Assembly: GCA_024626585.2 (NCBI GenBank)
Contig: JANKJI020000002.1
Coordinates: forward strand, 54,484,337-54,517,207
Direction: 5' to 3'
DNA: 32,871 nt
From: Ginkgo biloba
Lineage: Eukaryota > Plantae > Ginkgophyta
Shown here: piece after piece, positions 24,460 through 32,871 of the stretch
Position numbering within the stretch: the stretch's first letter is position 1
Layout of the letters: each line of letters opens with the position of its first letter
Notes under the pieces: generated by a model
What the model was told of the DNA's origin: nothing
The model's database searches: none
Seen by the model: the letters and a program-made list of their open reading frames with translations, nothing else
Made by a program: the position numbers and the translations under genes

Positions 24460-26108
24460 TATTGATTGGTTTACAACCAAGTCAGCATTGCTAGTGTTTT
24501 AGGTTGACCTATTGAATTCACCTGAAAGACTAACTAATCGCTAGGTTAGGAGGTGTTGTAAGTAAGCATAATAAAAAGGTGAAAGGTAGACTTACGGAGA
24601 ACACAAGGTTTAGAATAAGATAGGAAATCCCTAATAGGAATTTAAAATTTAAAAGTGCCTCCAGACTAGATTATTAGTATAAACTAAAGGGTTGGTTGAC
24701 TATGACAACTAAATGGTTCTATAGGCAACATTCTAGTCTCATTATTATTTTCATTAGTGACTCAATGAGTTTGAGTTTGTTCAATTTATGATTAAGGTTC
24801 AATTTCTTTAAAAACCAGTGTGGTTTGGATGAGTCTCAATTTTTATTTTTAGTGGTTGTAGTTAGTTGTATTTACATGTGTTTATGAAAATTCTAACTAA
24901 AACATAAATCTAAAAAAAATTAAGAGAATAAATAATAAATATTATGATTATGTTTCATGGAAAAATTAAGAAAAGATAACAACCCATGTTAACAATAAAT
25001 TGGCTTTTACAACCATAGTGATCTTAGAGAAATTAAATGATTTATACATAAAAAAATCTTAGTGGTAAGCATAAAAATAATTAAAACTAAACCACACACT
25101 TAGAAAGTTATCCACATAAGGAAAGTAGAAGAAAGGCACAAAATGAATTATGTGTCATAAATATGAACTTGATACATTATAACGGTTGAGTCACACTTAC
25201 TTCTACTCCTGTATGATCTTTACTCATACACCATTGACATCGAATGAAAAGCAACCTCTATCATGAGAAGGGGAAAATGATGGGTATGATGGATGAAATA
25301 AATAAAATAGGATTTTAATGAGTAGTAATTATGGTGATTGGAATGAAAGGATAAATTGATTACATAAATATTAGTGTATCGGCATGAAAGGACAAATAAA
25401 AGAGAGTTAGCCCCTTTAGGGAGAGCTATGGATCATATGAAATTTAGATATGACTAGGTGCTAAGAGGGGATATTAACCATTTTAATAAATTAATTTTAG
25501 ACTTTAGGGAACTTTAGAAATGAATGGAAATTGAAAATAACAACATTCAAATGATTGTGCGGGAAGAAATTGAATGAAATTTTTGTGTGTAAGTAATGAA
25601 AAATGGCTAAAATNNNNNNNNNNNNNNNNNNNNNNNNNNNNNNNNNNNNNNNNNNNNNNNNNNNNNNNNNNNNNNNNNNNNNNNNNNNNNNNNNNNNNNN
25701 NNNNNNNNNNNNNNNNNNNNNNNNNNNNNNNNNNNNNNNNNNNNNNNNNNNNNNNNNNNNNNNNNNNNNNNNNNNNNNNNNNNNNNNNNNNNNNNNNNNN
25801 NNNNNNNNNNNNNNNNNNNNNNNNNNNNNNNNNNNNNNNNNNNNNNNNNNNNNNNNNNNNNNNNNNNNNNNNNNNNNNNNNNNNNNNNNNNNNNNNNNNN
25901 NNNNNNNNNNNNNNAAAATGAATGGAGGATTACCTTATGTCAAAGGGGTCCTAGGAGGAGAAAATACCTGTAAAAGCAAAAACAAGCACCAAACAATGGT
26001 AAGTATGGGTGGGACAACCCCCCAACCCTGAGCGAATATGAATAATGCAAGTAAAGTACATATAAAAAATGGATTCCATATCACAATGGACATGAGATCA
26101 TGTCAACA
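24460..26108 (-). repeat. 5' LTR of element C (~1.65 kb including an N gap)
   Basis: TATTGATTGG (decayed TGTTGACTAG) to GTCAACA. Homologous to 22687-24168. Confidence 0.88.
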
Positions 26109-26113
26109 CCTCT

Positions 26114-28170
26114 TCGAGTAGAATCAAATCACTTAGGTTTGTTTATTTTCTCCACCTCTCTAATTACCCATTGAAACCTTTTCAAATAATTCCTTACATT
26201 CATTTTTCCATCAAATATTTTATTCTTTAATGTCATCATCATTTCCTCATATTCTTCTTCAATTGTTATTCTATATCTATCAAAAAGTGTATCTCATATA
26301 TTTCATCTTGCTACTCTCTAAATAGTTCATCAGAATTTGTTACCCCTAAATAGATAGTTTTGAATATTAGCACACCATCCTCATATAGATCATATCTTTG
26401 TTTCACATAACTATAGACATTTTCAATGTCTTAATCAACTTCTTCTTCCCCCTCATCTAATTCATATTCAAAATTCTTCTTTTGATCTTTAATGATTCCA
26501 AGTGATTCTTTTAATCTATCTAAAGGGACATATAACCATGTCTTCCCTTATTTGAAATTCATTTATTTCTTTTCCAATATTATATTAACCTACATTACCT
26601 TTTCTATGGGGAAAAGAAATCATTTCAAAATATTCTTCAACTCTTTTAATCTATCTAAAGGGACATATAACCATGTCTTCCCTTACTTGAACTTTGTTTG
26701 TTTCTTTTCCAATATTATATTAACCTTCATTACCTTTTCTAAGGGGAAAAGAAATCACTTCAAAATATTCTTCAACTTTCAAACTTCGAAAAGACACTTT
26801 GACATTCAATAGTTTTCCATTTTGATAATAATCTTNNNNNNNNNNNNNNNNNNNNNNNNNNNNNNNNNNNNNNNNNNNNNNNNNNNNNNNNNNNNNNNNN
26901 NNNNNCTATAACAACATCTCGTACTTTTAATTTTTACACCATAATTTATATATAAGTCTCCATGTTCTTTTGTTTCACTATTCTCTTTGTACTTTTGTGA
27001 ATTCTATTCACATTTAGATCAAACAATGTATGAATAATCTTAACAATCTTTTTTAAATATGAATTTTCCATTACCAATTCCATCATTTTTACTAACTATA
27101 TTATGCCCTTATTAGTTCTCTATATCATCTTATATCTACACTTACTCTATAGATTCCTTAATTTAGAGAGGTTTATTATTTTGCATTTGAAATTTCTCAA
27201 ATATCTCTTTATCATTATTATATTTATCTTTTTGAATCCTTGGTTACAGATATTCTATATTTATTTTTCCCTTCTCATTAACTATAAACTCCTTATACAT
27301 TTCATATTTATTAAATTTCTCATTTAGAAATCTTTGAGGATGTGATCTTATTATTAGATTCTTGTTGTGAAGAANNNNNNNNNNNNNNNNNNNNNNNNNN
27401 NNNNNNNNNNNNNNNNNNNNNNNNNNNNNNNNNNNNNNNNNNNNNNNNNNNNNNNNNNNNNNNNNNNNNNNNNNTTCTTCTATTTTCATCTCTATTTTTA
27501 GAACTTCTATAATTCTTACCCCGCCCTCCTCCACCCCCCATCCCCAAAACACAATTGTATTTATTATATCTCCATATATTATGTGTGATGTAATAATTGT
27601 TGGAAGTCTCTTTCTTATGTATTTCTCATTATCTTTTTTTGAAGAAGTATTGACTGGATTATAGAATCTTATCTCTTGAAAAGGACATTCATTCTTATAA
27701 TAAAATCCCTCATAGTATTTTCAATACACCTTTTCTCTTTGTTTTAGTGTTCTACTTTCCAACTTCTTCATGGTTTCTAGCAATTTGTTAATAGAGTCTT
27801 ACAATATATTTTTCGTTTTAAAAATTATCCATTCTTGATGAATCTACCTTAGCATCCATTTAATTCCATTATGCAATGCCTCTTTATAGATATTTGGATC
27901 AACTTGCTTTACTTAAGCTTGAATACAGGAAGTTAAATTGACCATAAACTAATCAATCTTTTTCTCTTTAGGAACAGTATATATGATAATTTCCCTATAA
28001 GATTCTTGAATTATCCATCATAACCTCTGATAGACTCACACTTCTTATAATACAAATTCTTGATCTCGTTTAAAGTTGTACCAGTTGGCTATAGATAGGC
28101 ATAACCCTCTTTATATACATCTTCTACTGCATTCTAATTTGGTTGGTTTTGGATGATGCACATTTCATTC
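26114..28170 (-). mobile_element. Decayed probable LINE-like sequence, the target of element C (continues left of 22682)
   Basis: A-rich minus strand. Joining across the TSD reads NLSDLILLEEVKL (cf. LxxxITxEEVK before the LINE RT). Other motifs are faint. Confidence 0.35.
26507..26776. repeat. 135-bp tandem duplication
   Basis: 26507-26641 and 26642-26776, with about 8 substitutions counted by eye and no indels. Confidence 0.93.
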
Positions 28171-28505
28171 TCATTGAGATGTAGCCAAATGGGAGTGACG
28201 CTCAAAATTTGATGACCAAGGAAGATGTAAAGATGACGTATTTATTTATAGGTGAAGAGGTCTATGAATTTCCACAAAGAAATCCCCTATGTCATTTACT
28301 CCTTTGTTAAGTTAGTGGGTAGAAATATATAAAGTGATCACCAATCAATAATAGAAACCCTAATGCGGATGTAAACTAGCATGAAATCCATGTGAAAAAT
28401 AAGTGCAGGTAAAAAATATCGACGAAACCATATCTCTATTCAATTTTTTATCATCCCATAGAATGTACCTTGAGAACACACATTATACCATGATATTATG
28501 GTGCA

Positions 28506-28522
28506 CTAACATGGTATCACAG
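28506..28522 (+). mobile_element. Possible LTR end plus tRNA-iMet PBS (Copia-like junction)
   Basis: CTAACA|TGGTATCACAG compared with canonical ...AACA TGGTATCAGAG. No coding domain recognised downstream. Confidence 0.45.
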
Positions 28523-28739
28523 TTATGTGCACTATAGGGGAATGCATAGAAATGGTAAAACTCCTATAGAGTGCACATAGATTTAGTATTGAAGGGGAAA
28601 GTTATACAATGAGAATGAAAGACCATAAATAAGGAAACAGAGCTATAATTCCATGATGATAAAAGAATAAAAATAATTACAATAATAATTACTCCCTTGG
28701 TTTAAACCCAAATCGCTTCCATAATGAATTTGAAGGTCA

Positions 28740-29279
28740 TTCCTTCATCCTCCTACCAAGTGGATACAACATATAGTGTTTGAAAAGGACTCATTTATTT
28801 TAAACTTTCTAAAGGTATGTAATTTGGTCTCTAGTTGTGGGAATACATGGTAGTAGATAATATCCTTAAAATAATGACCATATTTAAAGTGAATGACCTT
28901 TCAGTTTGTCTTAGAAGTATTCTTTCCCTCTTCTTTCTCTTCCTCTTCTTCTCAGGAAGATGAAGAATTGTTCTTGGATTTAGACTTCTTTTTCTTATTA
29001 TCCTTTCCTTTCCCATTTTTATTGTAAGAATGGTCGGGGAAAGGATCTTGATATATATCTTATTATTGATTAGGCTTGGATGTTTATTCATTAGCATTCA
29101 AAAAATATCTTTGCATTCTAAGAAGGGAGAAATAATTTAATTTTTCATTTTCAGGGAACCTATGGTAATCACACCACTTAGTTGGGTCAAAAGGAAGTTT
29201 TTTCATAGGTGTGGTGGAAGATTACTTCAAAGAAGACTTGGTGTCCTTTTGGGCTAGTTTTTCCTCTTTTTCATCCATA
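28740..29279 (-). pseudogene. Decayed retrotransposon gag C-terminus/protease-start remnant
   Basis: PFDPTKWCDYHR (~29159-29195) resembles the gag KWCxxH knuckle. Downstream similarity is weak. Confidence 0.4.
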
Positions 29280-29447
29280 NNNNNNNNNNNNNNNNNNNNN
29301 NNNNNNNNNNNNNNNNNNNNNNNNNNNNNNNNNNNNNNNNNNNNNNNNNNNNNNNNNNNNNNNNNNNNNNNNNNNNNNNTATACTTTTGTGTATATTTAG
29401 AGCCTCATAAACATTTATTATATAATTTATACATTGTTATAGTCCAT

Positions 29448-30085
29448 TGATGCATCATTTATACCACATATACTTATATTTACATCCTATTGTGTGGTAT
29501 TACTCTACTTGTCATTCTAATTACATGTGTACACCTTATTTACACATTGCTCCCACGTATTTTCCATGTGATCCCTTACATGTCTCTTTGTATTACATAT
29601 ATATCTCATTATTTGGATAACTTATATCATATTTTATCTTGAGACATAGACTCTTTACATAATGGGACATGGATCATGGTTAGTTTGTGATGCTTCATTG
29701 GTTTATTTATATTATACATTACTCGATGTACATTCATAGTTTTCTCTTTATGTTATCATTGGTAATGAAGAAGTGTGACACCATTATCTACATAACTTAT
29801 ACACTTGTGACCCATACGAATTTATCTTGGATTAACAAACACCCTTATGGCACATTACAAGATTCCACTATGGTTAGGGTTATGAGGCTATTTTATCATA
29901 CATATAAAAATTTCTTTGAAGCATAAAACCATCATTATCTTCTCATATTGAAGGAATCATCTCAAGGATTTAAGCATTCTCATTCTATGGTGTCTTCTTC
30001 CTTTAGGATTTGATCAGTTAAGAAGGCTATTGCAAGATAATTCTCTACAAAGAGAATTATATATAGGGATTGATATATCTCATCA
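29448..30085. mobile_element. Probable solo LTR
   Basis: Starts TGATG and ends CATCA. CCAT immediately flanks both ends (29444-29447 and 30086-30089). Non-coding interior. Confidence 0.5.
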
Positions 30086-30103
30086 CCATTGAGGTCATTT
30101 TTA

Positions 30104-30460
30104 TCATCTTCTCAATGTGAGATAGGGAAAGGCACTTCTTTCTGCCATAAGTTGGGAAAGAGTGGGATAAAGAAACAAATTGCACTAATGGGCTACGTTT
30201 CAAGGTGCACTCATTGCCCATGACTGGGTCTTGTGCTCTGAACTTGTGTGGAGTTGCATGCAGAAGGCTTGATATATGCCATAAGCTCGGCTCTGCTGAT
30301 CCCTAGGATGTTGCCGCAGGAGTTTTGATAATTCAAGGGTATAGTGATTGTGTCTTTGATTCATCAAGAGATGAATCCATCATTATGTCCAAGCGCATGG
30401 CAGCTTCTAATGGATTTTGAAACAAACATTTGGGACGAATTAACAACAGTAGGTCTATGA
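30104..30460 (+). pseudogene. VTC4: 5'-truncated, intronless pseudogene of inositol monophosphatase / L-galactose-1-phosphate phosphatase
   Basis: From 30151: [88 protein letters not shown]. Compare plant IMP/VTC4 [41 protein letters not shown]...FDPSG..FDI.SQR.AASN. W>TAG at 30304-30306, with frameshifts at both ends. Confidence 0.92.
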
Positions 30461-31467
30461 CAGAATTCTTCTTCAGACAAGTTTTGAATTACATTTTGTC
30501 ATTTGAAAATGATTGATCTCAAGTCATGACTGCTTTTGTTTTAACTTGTTACAAGTCCAGTAGAACAGAGTGAACCAGATGCCATCCTTATGTGAATGCT
30601 TACAGTTTTTGTCAAAAGGGGGATGAAGTTACATACTATCATCCCTGCTCTGTTAGTATTAAGGTTGGATACTGAGTCTAGTTAGTAATCCAGGTTAGCC
30701 TGCATGACAACCTGTTGTAATTTTCTCCTTGTTTGATACAATTATGCGTTTTTCCAAAAAATTGTGCCTTAAAGCAGCTCTTGAATTACTTGTTAGGCAG
30801 TTTAGGACTACTCTTTACTCACTGCTAAGTTGAAGTAACTAATATGAAGTATTTCAGTGCATCAGAAATTGAAATATGGACGTGTAACTTCATTAAGTAC
30901 CCCTTGAGTTAGTTTAAACCAGTTGAATTCAGTCAGACTTACTCTGACTTAACGGAATACAGTCGAAAGCCCCAAATTAATTAGACCAAATTCTACTGAA
31001 TTTACCTTGATATTTCTGCCGGTGGGATGTGGACTATGTGGACTTTAGTAAGGTTTATTCGCCATCTTTGCTACTAATAGAAATCATCCTAAAGCTGACA
31101 TAAATTCAGTAATTTGATCATTTCACTTCCAACTATTAGCCAGTGAGTTCAAAAATGCCCTAAAATAAATCAAATTTACCATGCAAAGAAACCCTTTTTT
31201 AAGAAAAGACGGGTAGTTAGGATAATCTTACCTTCTCATCTTAAATTTAGAAATGACATAAATTCAGTAATTTAATCATTTCAATTCCAAAGCTAAATAT
31301 TTTTTGCACCCCGTCCTAAAAACACTTGTATTATTCTCTCCTTAATACATATAGCATTAATTGAAGCAATCAAGAGTAGTAATTAAGGTAGCTAGAGTTT
31401 CACCCAGCCAAAGAATTGAGTGGTCGGTCTCCAGCCTCATTGTTCCTTCAANNNNNNNNNNNNNNNA

Positions 31468-31930
31468 CAACTTTGAATACCATTATTGTAACATTCCCAT
31501 GCCTATGATATCTTCATTGTTGGGTCCAAAAATGCCTGCTCTGTGATACCTTTAAGTTAAAGCATAGCATAAGCACTGCACACACCACTCGGCCTTCAGG
31601 GATAAAGACTTGGGCATCTTAGTGATTTCCTTGGCTACCATACGTGTCAATAGAGCATGTCACATAGCGTGTATTTTAATTTTTTGGAAATGAAATACAC
31701 ATAGCACTCCATTTCAACATGTAAGCATGGCTTTGAATAACATTATTGTAATGCTTACTCTATGATGCCTTTAAGTGAAAGCAACCTGGAAATGAAATAC
31801 ACGTAGGGCTCCATTCATTCCATTTCAACATGTAAGCACGGCTTTGAATACCATTATTGTAATGCCTACTCTATGATACCTTTAAGTCAAAGTAGCCTGG
31901 AAATGAAACACACACCACTCCACCTTTAGG
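31468..31930. repeat. ~102-111-bp tandem repeat with a rearranged upstream partial copy
   Basis: ggaaatgaaa[t/c]acac at 31686, 31788 and 31899. ctttgaata[c/a]cattattgtaa and tgatacctttaagt also occur at 31471-31560. Confidence 0.85.
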
Positions 31931-32871
31931 CACTGATACATTTCCATTTGAGCGAAAGTGTTTTGGAGCATTTGGTGGAAGCATGTTGTGCTGATCACAT
32001 CCACCACCATTCATTATCAATCATAACATGTAACTCAAGCCAAATGAATTCGTAACAGCATTTATTCTAAAAATAACAAATGTTTATTTACTTTGTAACA
32101 ATGAATAAAACCCAAAAAAAAAAATCAATTTGATTTTTTTGGTGGGGGGTCCGCGACAAGATTTTCACTCTCCTATCACAGATTTCCCTTTTTTTTTTNN
32201 NNNNNNNNNNNNNNNNNNNNNNNNNNNNNNNNNNNNNNNNCCATAAGAACTCTGAATATCCTAATAATAAAAATATGGAACCTCCGAATAGAGTGTTCTG
32301 GTCAGGAATTTTTTGAATAGGAGAGTAATAAAGTTGTGTAGAACTCCAGATCTATGAACAATTCAACCCCCAAATTTATGAATGAGGATACCTCCAATTA
32401 GTCGCTTCCATATCTTTTCCTCAATTAAATAGAAAGAAAATCCTATAGAGGAATTTTAAACTTATCTAGCTAACTACTATGAAGCCCTACCTCAACGGCA
32501 AGATGAGTTATATCTTTCAGTGTAGCCAAAGCCCAATAAGAAAAACTCTAATGGATAACTTGTACCTTTGTTGTGACNNNNNNNNNNNNNNNNNNNNNNN
32601 NNNNNNNNNNNNNNNNNNNNNNNNNNNNNNNNNNNCGAAGAATTTTGTATCTTAAAGGAGCTTAGAATCTGATTGTTGTATTCTGAATTCTCTCAGGCCT
32701 AGGGAAACTCCATGGTTTCTAAATCTTTATAGAAAATGATCTGTATTTTCAGTGGGTGAGTCAGAATCTCCCAATCAAATCAACTACAGATTTTAGATTT
32801 TAAATTAATTGTTTAGATAATTAGAAGTCTGTGATTATTTATGTGTACAGTCTTATTCATGTCAAAAATTT

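Larger units (their letters stand above)
22687..26108 (-). mobile_element. Two-LTR retroelement (element C) with TSD CCTCT and almost no visible internal domain
   Basis: Termini TGTTGAC (22687) and GTCAACA (26108). CCTCT at 22682-22686 and 26109-26113. Long direct repeats 22687-24168 and 24460-26108. PBS next to the right-hand LTR on the minus strand. Confidence 0.88.

Noticed and set aside
30780-31060. Possible hAT/MITE subterminal repeats
   Set aside because: No convincing terminal inverted repeats or TSD found.
1-32871. A novel functional multi-gene system
   Set aside because: No intact ORF of meaningful length is present. EGY1 and VTC4 fragments are unrelated in pathway, orientation and origin, so co-location looks incidental.

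Overview
AT-rich, gap-ridden eukaryotic DNA from a large plant genome. The retroelement types suggest a gymnosperm, but the species cannot be determined from this sequence. Most of the window is old, nested retroelement debris with strong CpG/CHG decay. It holds a near-complete but dead Ty3/Gypsy gag-pol on the minus strand (~1445-7185), interrupted by a TSD-flanked solo LTR (4020-4625); a plus-strand RT fragment (~10405-10790); and a second minus-strand Gypsy pol (~17185-19294). A two-LTR element with a perfect CCTCT TSD and a tRNA-Arg-type PBS spans 22687-26108. There are also probable LINE remnants and several tandem arrays. Two host-gene pieces are recognisable: a stop-free exon of the chloroplast M50 protease EGY1 (19281-19487, minus) and an intronless pseudogene of inositol monophosphatase/VTC4 (30104-30460, plus). 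The most unusual observation is that the EGY1 exon is fused mid-exon to the YLDD catalytic motif of a retrotransposon RT across a ~15-nt stretch that reads correctly in both frames. I found no intact gene and no evidence of a new functional multi-gene system. All protein calls come from manual translation and recalled family motifs, not database searches.
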